DNA from: Nostoc punctiforme PCC 73102
GTDB taxonomy: Bacteria; Cyanobacteriota; Cyanobacteriia; Cyanobacteriales; Nostocaceae
Direction: 5' to 3'
Assembly (NCBI RefSeq): GCF_000020025.1
Contig: NC_010628.1
Span: 4,050,001-4,082,000, forward strand
Length of the DNA stretch: 32,000 bases
Made by a program: the position numbers and the translations under genes. A model generated the notes under the pieces. It saw nothing but the letters and a program-made list of their open reading frames with translations. It did not search any database and had not been told where the DNA came from. Below, piece after piece: positions 9,352-17,900 of this stretch (positions within the stretch are counted from its first letter, which is position 1; each line of letters opens with the position of its first letter).

Positions 9352-9956
9352 ATGCTAGAAAATCGTGATTATACCTTAATTATTGACAAAAGCGGCAGCA
9401 TGGCAACCCAAGATCAAAAGGGTGGCAGAAGTAGATGGTTTGCAGCGCAGGAATCTACTTTAGCTTTAGCTAGTAAGTGTGAGCAATTTGACCCAGATGG
9501 TATCACTATTTACTTATTCTCTGGTAAATTCAAGCGATACGAAAACGTGACATCCAGTCTAGTAGGGCAAATTTTCCGAGAAAATGATCCCTCTGGTACA
9601 ACTGACTTGGCAGGTGTGTTAAACACGCAACTGACGATTACTTACAACGCAAAGCAGCCGGTCAAACAAAGCCAAATGGTGAAACAATTTTAGTGGTTAC
9701 TGATGGTGAACCGGACGATCGCAAAGCAGTTATGAAGGTAATTATTGAAGCTTCTCGCCGCATCGATCGAGATGAAGAATTAGCCATTTCCTTCATTCAA
9801 GTTGGCACAGATCCACAAGCTACTCGCTTTCTAAAAGTCTTAGATGATGAACTCCAAAGTGCTGGTGCTAAGTTTGATATCTGCGACACCATTACTATGG
9901 AAGATATGGAAGATATGAGTCTATCAGAAGTGTTGCTCAATGCCATTAATGACTAG
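9352..9956 (+). pseudogene. Tandem vWA paralog interrupted by a 1-nt deletion (two ORFs, 9352-9693 and 9693-9956)
   Basis: In gene 1, '...gca ggt gtg ctt caa gac gca...' aligns to gene 2 '...gca ggt gtg tta -aa cac gca...' at ~9619-9624. After the shift, the other frame reads KHATDDYLQRKAAGQTKPNGETILVVTDGEPDD, colinear with gene 1 QDAINNYFQRKAAGKSKPNGETILVITDGEPDD. Stop TAG 9691-9693 overlaps GTG 9693-9695. Confidence 0.7.
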
Positions 9957-9982
9957 ATATATCATTTATAGGAATTGCAAAA

Positions 9983-10378
9983 ATGGATTCCATTGATAAG
10001 CTGTTAGCCGAACTCAAAACTGAATATAAAGAAGTAAAACCACAACAGCAACAGTCAAAATCAGCCACAGCCAAATCCTTTATTCCACCATTGCCAAAGT
10101 CGGCATCTTTTATGGATCCCATTTTGGCAGAGGTTAAGGCTAATTTTGCAGAAGAGGATGCTGCTATTGAGTTAAAAAAACAACAAGAACTAGAACAAGA
10201 GCGAATTCGCCAAGAACAACTCAAAGCCAAACAATTAGAGGGTTTGAAAATACAGGCAAAAGAATGGTTAGCTAAAGTAGATCCACTTTCGTCGGAAGGA
10301 CTTTGGTTTGAAAGGTTTGCTGAAAGTTACCCCTCAAAATTAGAGGCAGCGGTTGAATATTTAAGAAGCAATGAATAA
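9983..10378 (+). CDS. Hypothetical Q/E/K-rich coiled-coil protein, third gene of the vWA operon
   Basis: 131-aa ORF starting 26 nt after the vWA paralog, on the same strand. The central 'EEDAAIELKKQQELEQERIRQEQLKAKQLEGLKIQAKEW' is coiled-coil-like. The conserved-looking C-terminus is 'DPLSSEGLWFERFAESYPSKLEAAVEYL'. No family recognised. Confidence 0.6.
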   Translation: MDSIDKLLAELKTEYKEVKPQQQQSKSATAKSFIPPLPKSASFMDPILAEVKANFAEEDAAIELKKQQELEQERIRQEQLKAKQLEGLKIQAKEWLAKVDPLSSEGLWFERFAESYPSKLEAAVEYLRSNE

Positions 10379-10397
10379 ATGTTTTCAAACAAGAATG

Positions 10398-10423
10398 TAG
10401 AGACGCAATATTTTACGTCTCTA
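10398..10423 (+). terminator. Hairpin terminator candidate after the vWA operon ('tagagacg...cgtctcta' repeat family)
   Basis: An 8-bp stem, tagagacg / cgtctcta, has a 10-nt loop and is followed by 'ttaattttta'. It lies 20 nt after the stop at 10378. The same 'gtagagacg' family occurs at ~2505 and 19597-19623. Confidence 0.5.
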
Positions 10424-10518
10424 TTAATTTTTAGACATGTCTAAATAAACAATTCAAGATTCAAAAATAATCTCCTATCTCAAATTTAACATGAGCAATT
10501 ATTATTTATTACCCATGC

Positions 10519-10866
10519 TCAATATTGATGGTGATTTGTTCGATTTGAGTGTTGAACAGCCCATTCATGCATAGCATAGAGAATTGGTTGCAAAGTTTCT
10601 CCTAAATGCGTTAGCGAATATTCTACCTTTGGTGGAATTTGGGGATAAACTTCTCGATGGATAATGCCGTCTTGCTCCATTTCTCTAAGTTGCTGAGTCA
10701 ACATCTTTTGCGTAACTCCGGGTAAAGCTCGTTGTAACTCTCCAAACCTTTTTACGCCAGTCATTAATTCTCTAATAATCAAAACTTTCCAGCGTCCGCC
10801 AATTACCTTTAGGGTAGTTTCTACTTCACAAGTCAGCCTGAGATTGTTTTCTGCTTCAGCTTTCAT
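10519..10866 (-). CDS. HxlR-family winged-helix transcriptional regulator
   Basis: 115 aa. '[71 protein letters not shown]' is the classic HxlR signature. Confidence 0.9.
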   Translation of the reverse strand: MKAEAENNLRLTCEVETTLKVIGGRWKVLIIRELMTGVKRFGELQRALPGVTQKMLTQQLREMEQDGIIHREVYPQIPPKVEYSLTHLGETLQPILYAMHEWAVQHSNRTNHHQY

Positions 10867-10975
10867 AGTCAGTTTTTAAGAAGTACCTTACTTAGGTTTG
10901 CTGGGTAGTACCGCTAGTTAAAAGTATGGGTACATCTACAACACTCCACAAGATTTAACTGCTCTCTTTGATGGA

Positions 10976-11800
10976 CTAAATTTTTTTGGCAATGTGAAAA
11001 GCGGATATATATGAGAGATGAAGACTGCCTCCGAAGTCATATTCTATACTTTGCCTTAATCCTTTAAATAATGCTTTTTTGGTATCTGGAGGTAACTTTA
11101 GGTATGGCGAGTAAGTGTTTAAAAGCATTAAATATTCATCAACATTATATGTCACTTCAGATACAACTTGCCCGGATATTAAATCTTTAAATTGGCCCGA
11201 ATCGATGGACATATTTCCTAATGCTCTCAATATCTCTTCTTGGGTTTCTATGTCTTCATATCGATCAAGCGATGGAGCATATAATTGATAGATTTTGGAT
11301 AAGCGTTGATATACTTCAGATGAAGGTTGAAGTTCTTTGTTCCATAGTAAAATCAGGTTGCCAGTTTGTTGTAAGGCATTTGCTGCTTTTTGATATCCTA
11401 CTTCTGGTGATATCCAATGAAAAGAACTCGCTGCTAAGACGGCATCAAATTTAGAAGGCTGTAAAGTCCACTCTTCAAAAGATGTATTCTCAATCTCTAC
11501 ATTGGGATACATTCGACAATTCTGTTGAGCTAACCGAAAAAAATCTGGGTTGGGTTCTAAGCAAATCATTGAGCATCCCAATTGAGCGAATGCTATCGTT
11601 GCAGTTGCAGGGCCACATCCTACTTCTAGAATTTTTGAGTTAGTGGAGAGTTGAGCAATTTCCGCAACTTGGTGAGTTAAATCCTCTGGATAGCGGGGCC
11701 GTGCCTTGTTATAAGCCTCTGCTGCCGGAGAATACCAATTTTTTCGCTGTTCAAGGTCTTTACTGGAGTAACTGATTATTGCTTGTTTTAGGTCTTCCAT
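10976..11800 (-). CDS. Class I SAM-dependent methyltransferase
   Basis: 274 aa. Motif I is 'ILEVGCGPATATIAF', followed by the post-I acidic 'CLEPN' and 'FDAVLAASSFHW'. Confidence 0.85.
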   Translation of the reverse strand: MEDLKQAIISYSSKDLEQRKNWYSPAAEAYNKARPRYPEDLTHQVAEIAQLSTNSKILEVGCGPATATIAFAQLGCSMICLEPNPDFFRLAQQNCRMYPNVEIENTSFEEWTLQPSKFDAVLAASSFHWISPEVGYQKAANALQQTGNLILLWNKELQPSSEVYQRLSKIYQLYAPSLDRYEDIETQEEILRALGNMSIDSGQFKDLISGQVVSEVTYNVDEYLMLLNTYSPYLKLPPDTKKALFKGLRQSIEYDFGGSLHLSYISAFHIAKKI

Positions 11801-11928
11801 AATCTACTTGGAATAGCGCTTCAGAGAAAGCAATGTGGAATTAATTTGAAGAAGGCAAAAGGCAAGAGGAAAGAAGGCTTTTTAAGTTGTACGGAGTTTT
11901 TTCACGCAATCAAATATGAGTCCTATAG

Positions 11929-12675
11929 TTACGTAGCTATCAACTCAGAATCGATTTCCGACGGCGCACTATCTTGAACTAGCGATCGCGTTTCACCATT
12001 ACGCTGGAGGATACCGCCAACCATTGCTAACAAGGCGTTTACCTTGCGCGTTCGCCACATATCTACAAGTTTTTCCACTTTGCTAGCAGACATCTGTCGC
12101 ATCATGGCTTCGTAAAGATAAGCAGCATGTCCAGTTTCATCTTGGGCAATACTTAGCATTCCTAACTTCAAGTTACGATCGGTTGGCTCGTTATCAGGTA
12201 ATACTTTCGCCATTCGCGCAAAGTCTTTACTAGCATCTAACTCAAGAATGTATGTGCTAGCCATAAACACATCCCAGTCAATGACAGCAGGTTTAAGTTG
12301 TTCTTGCGTGTAGCCTTCAAAGAATGCAGCAAAAAAGGGACTACGCTGCTGTTGTGATTTGTTTGTGGTTGTAGTTTGGGGTTGACGCTTAAAATCTATA
12401 ACTTGTTTATTCATCTGCTGTAAGGCGTGGGCAAAGACTTTACCATGCCTAGTCTCATCTGATGCGTGTTTTGCTAATTTTTCGGCTAGCCATGTATCGC
12501 CTTCGGCTGCGGCGCGATCGCTCAATGCAGATAAAAACGGCACAGAACCAGATTCAGCAAAATAAAACCCCGCAAGGATGTTGGGACGGGTTTTAGAATC
12601 ACGAATTTGAGCAGCAGAATAATAGGCAAAAGCACCTGAACCAGCTAAATGCAGAATGTGAGTTAAGAAGTTCAT
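11929..12675 (-). CDS. Ferritin-like diiron-carboxylate protein, function unknown
   Basis: 248 aa. Two ExxH motifs ('SDETRHG', 'QDETGHA') are each preceded by a helix carrying Glu ('FAESGS', 'ILELDAS'). This gives the E/ExxH/E/ExxH four-helix-bundle pattern. Confidence 0.7.
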   Translation of the reverse strand: MNFLTHILHLAGSGAFAYYSAAQIRDSKTRPNILAGFYFAESGSVPFLSALSDRAAAEGDTWLAEKLAKHASDETRHGKVFAHALQQMNKQVIDFKRQPQTTTTNKSQQQRSPFFAAFFEGYTQEQLKPAVIDWDVFMASTYILELDASKDFARMAKVLPDNEPTDRNLKLGMLSIAQDETGHAAYLYEAMMRQMSASKVEKLVDMWRTRKVNALLAMVGGILQRNGETRSLVQDSAPSEIDSELIAT

Positions 12676-12861
12676 CAGAAATTGCCACTGATAATTGGAA
12701 GGTTACAATTCTTATACTAATGTGCATTTTCTATTCAGGTGTCGCCAAAGGGTTTTACCTGCTGGGATTTTCAATTGCCCGTGGCAGTATGTCAAGGGTT
12801 GACAAATATATCTCATCATTTTGCTAATATCATCCCACAGAGGTAATGCAGGTGAGTTGGG

Positions 12862-13428
12862 ATGGAGAAATTAGCTAAACCAGTACGATTTTGGCTGTGT
12901 GCAACTATCATATTTGTGGGTTTGATAGGTTGCGATCGCTTTATTGGTACTTCTGGAGAACCAGTTGAGCGAGTGAGTGATGGCGATACTATAGTAGTCA
13001 AAGATACCAACGGCAAAAATTTTACCGTGCGCTTTGCTTGTGTAGACGCGCCAGAAATAGCCCACTCTAATAAAGAAAAGCAGAGTAAACGCACTAGCGA
13101 TCGCAATCAATTTATTTGGGGTGTGAAAGCCCAAGAACGGGTACAACAACTGGTGCAACAAGGAGGCGATCGCGTGACTTTGAATATCACAGATAGCGAT
13201 CGCTATGGACGCAAAATTGCCGAAGTCCGTTTACAAAATGGCACTTTTGTGCAGCAGATATTGTTAAAAGAAGGATTGGCAAAGGTATATCGTCCTTACT
13301 TAAACAAGTGTCCTAGCAAAGACTTAGTTCAACAGGCCGAAGCTGAAGCCAAGGAGCAACGTGTTGGGATTTGGAGTGACACTAAATTTGTTAATCCTTG
13401 GGAATATCGCAGCCTATCAAAAAAATAA
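12862..13428 (+). CDS. Thermonuclease (staphylococcal nuclease, SNase) family lipoprotein
   Basis: 188 aa. The signal peptide has lipobox 'FVGLIG/C'. SNase motifs are 'VSDGDTIVV', 'RFACVDAPE' and 'DRYGRKIAEV'. Confidence 0.9.
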   Translation: MEKLAKPVRFWLCATIIFVGLIGCDRFIGTSGEPVERVSDGDTIVVKDTNGKNFTVRFACVDAPEIAHSNKEKQSKRTSDRNQFIWGVKAQERVQQLVQQGGDRVTLNITDSDRYGRKIAEVRLQNGTFVQQILLKEGLAKVYRPYLNKCPSKDLVQQAEAEAKEQRVGIWSDTKFVNPWEYRSLSKK

Positions 13429-13655
13429 AAACTCTGCCTGTTTCTAATTGAATGCACTACATTTTTTGGCATTGCATATTTGCGCGATGAATTAGCAACT
13501 TCCAAATTAAAAAACATTCAAAAATCTCATACAACAATCCTCTCTCTTCTTCATCTCTCTGTGCCCTCTGCGCCTCTGTGGTTTGTTTTCTTGGATAATT
13601 TATTTCTTGGAAATCTCTTAGCAACTTCCAAAATTACCCCTGCGCCCTGCCTGCC

Positions 13656-14543
13656 TCACTCCTCTTTCCAAGTTTGCAGTTGAAAATAAATTAATACCAG
13701 CGTCACTGCTAGTAACACCGTTGCTGCTGCTGCTGCATAACCAAAATCAAACTGACCAAAAGCCTCTTGATAAATGTAGTAAACCAGCAGATTAGTCGAA
13801 TTCAGCGGCCCGCCGCCAGTCATGACAAAAACTTGCTCAAAACTCCGCAATGTAAAAATCGCGGTAGTAATGACTGCAAATATCACAGTAGGGCGCAATC
13901 CAGGTAGAGTAATATACCAAAATTGTTGCCAAGCATTTGCTCCATCCAAATCTGCTGCTTCATAACGGCTCGGAGGAATTGCTTGCAACCCGGCTAAAAA
14001 AACTACCATATTGAAACCGAGTTGTTTCCAAATACTCATTAAAATAATTACTGGCATTGCCCAAAATGTATCTCCTAGCCAGGGGATGGCTGGAATGCCA
14101 AAAAAATCTAAAAGTCCGTTAACTGGCCCTGATGTTTGAAAGAGCCAGCGAAATCCCAAACCGGCTGCCACAAGTGAAATAATCGAAGGTAAAAAGTATG
14201 CACTCCGCATAATGCCCCGCAAAGGAATAGAGCGGTTTAATAGCACTGCCAATCCCAAGGAAATAACTAAACTGGGAATAATGGTGGCAACAGTAAAATA
14301 AAAGGTGTTACCTATAACTTGCCAAAAGTCAGGGTTGAGTAGCAAGCGCCAATAGTTTTTTAAGCCTATCCAATAAGTACCTTTTAAGGTGAAACTACCA
14401 GCAGTAAAGCTGAGGTAAAACAAATAGGCGATCGGCCAAATGATAAAAACGCCTAGTAAACTTAGTGCTGGTGTGAGAAAAGTCCAGGCAGCTACTGTAT
14501 CATTATCCAACCACGACTTAGTAGTATATATTTTTTTTGGCAT
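13656..14543 (-). CDS. Carbohydrate ABC transporter permease (MalF/UgpA-like), without adjacent partner genes
   Basis: 295 aa with about six hydrophobic helices. The EAA loop is 'EAADLDGANAWQQFWYITLPGLRP'. No second permease, binding protein or ATPase is nearby. Confidence 0.9.
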   Translation of the reverse strand: MPKKIYTTKSWLDNDTVAAWTFLTPALSLLGVFIIWPIAYLFYLSFTAGSFTLKGTYWIGLKNYWRLLLNPDFWQVIGNTFYFTVATIIPSLVISLGLAVLLNRSIPLRGIMRSAYFLPSIISLVAAGLGFRWLFQTSGPVNGLLDFFGIPAIPWLGDTFWAMPVIILMSIWKQLGFNMVVFLAGLQAIPPSRYEAADLDGANAWQQFWYITLPGLRPTVIFAVITTAIFTLRSFEQVFVMTGGGPLNSTNLLVYYIYQEAFGQFDFGYAAAAATVLLAVTLVLIYFQLQTWKEE

Positions 14544-14624
14544 CTATAATTTTTCCTCTTAGCTGTTTATGATCCTCCGCCCTGATTCTACCCTTAGCTT
14601 GGTTTCTCCTCGTATTAGCGATGT
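14521..14624. repeat. Left copy of a ~104-bp direct repeat (permease start plus relic purN 5' end)
   Basis: Manual alignment of the core 14537-14624 against 18711-18797 gives about 8 differences in ~88 aligned nt. Weaker similarity extends ~17 nt further left. The copy contains the real permease ATG (14541-14543, minus strand). Confidence 0.8.
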
Positions 14625-14625
14625 C
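14569..14625 (+). pseudogene. Relic duplicate of the purN 5' end (19 codons)
   Basis: ATG 14569 reads MILRPDSTLSLVSPRISDV, against the purN N-terminus MTLRPDSTLSLISPSISDV (16/19 identical). It then runs into repeat sequence and stops at ~14743. Confidence 0.7.
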
Positions 14626-14646
14626 TACGACGGGCTACGCCTACGC
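14618..14646. repeat. Left arm of a perfect 29-bp inverted repeat
   Basis: 'gcgatgtctacgacgggctacgcctacgc'. Its exact reverse complement 'gcgtaggcgtagcccgtcgtagacatcgc' is at 18326-18354. Related 'ggctacgcc' motifs occur at ~4509 and ~25373. Confidence 0.9.
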
Positions 14647-14690
14647 TTGGGTAAGCTCTTGGTTCATAATTATCTCTACTTAGAGTTTTT

Positions 14691-14855
14691 AGAGGATGTT
14701 TTAAAAGTCCTCTTGTCGCTAACAAAACGTTTCAGATCCCCCTAAATCCCCCTTAAAAAGGGGGACTTTGATTCCGGTTCCCCCCTTTTTAAGGGGGGCT
14801 AGGGGGGATCAATAAGTGCCTAAAATCACAGTAAACTACTTTTAAAACATCCTCT
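14691..14855. mobile_element. MITE-like element (~165 bp) with perfect 18-bp terminal inverted repeats
   Basis: The left TIR 'agaggatgttttaaaagt' (14691-14708) is the exact inverse of the right TIR 'acttttaaaacatcctct' (14838-14855). The interior is itself palindromic: 'gatccccctaaatcccccttaaaaaggggg...cccccctttttaaggggggctaggggggatc'. It has no coding capacity. Flanks are 'tacttagag' and 'tacttaaag'. Confidence 0.65.
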
Positions 14856-14981
14856 TACTTAAAGCTAATCCTAATTTGAGCGACTCTGTTTTTTGAAAAA
14901 AATTAGATCGTTCCGCTTCGCTACACTCTAAAAGGGTAAAAGAAAGAAGGGTAGAGGGCTAAAGAACTAAAGTATAAAGGG

Positions 14982-17900
14982 CTACTGAAGAATCCTCCCG
15001 GCAGCGCACACAATACGAAAACCAATATCGTTGAAGCGGTAGTCGCGCGAGTCGTTGCCGCGATACGCGGAACGGCAGTACTCAGGACTGTCGTCCCAGG
15101 AACCGCCCCGCAGCACTTGAAATTCATTATCATTATCTATCCATGCACTTCCATCAGTAGGCGCTCCTTTATAGCTGTCATGCCAAGTATCTTGGCACCA
15201 CTCCCAGACATTCCCGTGCATATCACATAATCCAAAGGCGTTGGGTGGAAAACTTCCTACTTCTGTTGTTTGTTGACGATATTTTCCCTTTGGTGCAGAA
15301 GCGTAAGTAGAATTTCCATCGTAGTTGGCTAACTCAGTTGTAATCGTCTCACCAAAGTGAAATGGTGTATTTGTGCCAGCACGACAGGCATATTCCCACT
15401 CTGCTTCACTTGGTAGGCGATATTCGCGCCCAGTCTTTTGACTCAGCTTTTTGCAAAATTCTACTGCATCATTCCAGGACACTGTTTCTACAGGACGTTT
15501 TGCTCCCTTGAAGTTGGAGGGATTGCTACCCATTATTTGCTGGTACTGTTCCTGAGTCACTTCAAACTTGCTTATAAAGAAAGCAGGTACATTTACAGCG
15601 TGTTGTGGGTTATGACCAGTTTCCCCGGGTGGTGAACCCATCTTAAATGAACCAGCAAGAATCTCAACCATCTCCAGAGTTATGCCATTACCTAAGTCCT
15701 CCTTAAAGAACTTAGCTTGTTTGGTAGGATCTCGTTTAATTACCTGTCCCTTTTCATCTACTGTTACCGTTTCAAACTTAAAGGTTTCAAGCTTAACGGG
15801 AATATATTTGGATGATTGGCCCTTAAAAATTTCACTACCTACTACTGCTGTCACCAAACCTACACGTCCCAAACCAGCCCACTTCAAAAACTTTTGTCGG
15901 GTAATTCGCTCTTGAGTCGGTTGAGTGGGTTGAGCAGGTCTTGGCTGCTGAATCGGAGATTTAATCAATTCTTGGCTTGCTACAACTCTGGTTTCAATTG
16001 CAGTGATGTCCGTTTGTTTAAGTCCTAGAGTCCGTTGAAGTTGCCTTAACCTCTGTCGAACATCATCACTATCAAGGGAATTCCCTGCTTCAATTGTTTT
16101 AGTTAATTCCTGCTCATACTGCTGTAATTTTTGGCCGTATTCTGCTTCCTCTCGCTGCCTTTGTTTTTCTGCCTCCTGCTGCTTTAGTCGTACAGCTTCT
16201 TGTTGTTGCCGTTGTTTCTCTGCCTCCTCCTGTCTGATTCTCTCTTGCTGTTTCCGGGATTCTGATTCTGAAGATGATTGAATAATAATTGCTTCGAGTT
16301 GAGCTATTTCCGCATCATTTAGTTCTAAAACTTGCTGAAATCGTCGCAACTCTTCACGAGTAGCGTCACTAAGAGGATATTCAAACTGCATCGACTCTCT
16401 AAACACCTCTTCATACTGCTGAAGCTTTTGCCGATGTTCCTCGATCGCAGCAACAATTGGATTTTCTATTGCAGTCACATTCTCAGCAGTCAGATTCAAC
16501 GCTTGATGACGTTGGGTTAGTTGAGAGCGTTTGAAACTACTGAGCGGATATTCTTGTTGAACAGCTTCTCTAAACTCTTGCTCATACTGCCGCAAGTTTG
16601 CTTGATACGTTTCAATCTCCGCATTAATCCGCCTCTCGATCGCCCCCACATCCCCTTCACTCAACCCCAACGTCTGCCAAGTTTCCTGCAACTGTTTCCG
16701 CGTCACCTCATCTGGATAATGCTGGCGCTGCGTCGCCTTCACAAACGCCTGCTCGTACTGCTGGAGTTTTTGATGATAGCTTTCAATCTGCGTGGTGATT
16801 TGTGCTTCAATTGGGGCAACATCTACATCCGTCAGTCCCAAACGCTGCTGTTGTTGGCGTAAATCATTCCGCGTTGCCTCACTAAGGGGATATTCCTGCT
16901 GCGTGGCAGTAAAAAACAGCCGTTGGTAGTCCTGGAGTTTCTGGCGATATGCCTCTACCTCAGCCGTAATCTGAGATTCTATCGCCGCAATATCCCCATT
17001 TGCAAGTTCTAATTGCTGCTGGGTTTGCCGTAAGCGATCGCGGCTTACTGTACTCAGGGGAAACTCCTGTCGCAGTGCTGTTGTAAACGCTTGCTGATAT
17101 GCTTGGAGGTTTTGCTGATGTGTCTTAAACCGTGCAGTTACTTGTGCTTCAATCGGCATCGTGTCTTCATTTCGCAGCCCCAAAATTTGCTGGAGATTTT
17201 GCAAATCGTGGCGATCGCTATCTGTAATTGTCTCATCTCGCTCCAGTAGTTCAGTAAACACCTGCTGATACTGCTGGAGTTTTTCCCGGAAGTCATTGCG
17301 ATACGGTTCCAACACCTCATCTTCAACCGCCTTCGCCTCAGTTGTCTCCAATCCCAAGCGAGTCCTCTGATAATCTAGTGTGCGACGACCAACAAGAGAA
17401 ATTTCGCCTCGATGAATAAATCGCGCAACTTTTTTACGGTATCGCTGTCTGGGATCGCCCGGAGCCACCTTTGCCAGTCGAATTTTAAAACCTTCTCGAA
17501 TTGCATAGATTTCCGGCTTCATTGCAGGTTGAACTTCTCGCACCTTCTGACTTGCGTATTCATGGAGTTCATCGATAGAGATAAACTCATCTTGATCGCG
17601 ATCGGCTTCTCCCGACTTGATACCTTCAATCAAAAAACGAGTGTAAATCGATAAATCTTGTCCCTCTTGCTCAAAGGAATATTGAGTCGAGGTAGAAGAA
17701 GTCAATACTGCTCGTCCTTCACCGCCTAACTGCTCTCGGATGTCAATCGTGCCGTCATCTTTGGCAGACATACCCTCAGCAAACGCGCCACTAAAGCAGC
17801 TATCTAGGATTACTACCTGCCGACGGGAGCGGCTTTCGCTCATGCGATCGTGAATGAAATTGGCAGACACCGACGTTGAGCGAATCAATTCGCCCTGCTG

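Noticed and set aside
9619-9624. Programmed ribosomal frameshift in the second vWA gene
   Set aside because: There is no slippery heptamer of the X XXY YYZ type and no obvious downstream stimulatory structure. A 1-nt loss in 'ttaaaac' relative to the paralog explains it more simply, as a mutation or homopolymer read error.
2689-9956. The idea that the TerB-domain gene and the vWA (TerY-like) genes form one tellurite-type 'Ter' stress cluster
   Set aside because: They are separated by more than 5 kb containing obg and a large kinase on the opposite strand. No TerC/TerD/TerZ, kinase or phosphatase partners are present.
13480-13683. 67-aa ORF between the nuclease and permease genes; also 12816-13106, 12871-13161 and 13329-13517
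   Set aside because: The first is translated from dispersed-repeat sequence ('ctctctgtgccctctgcgcctctgtgg') and overlaps the permease 3' end. The others are antisense to the thermonuclease gene.
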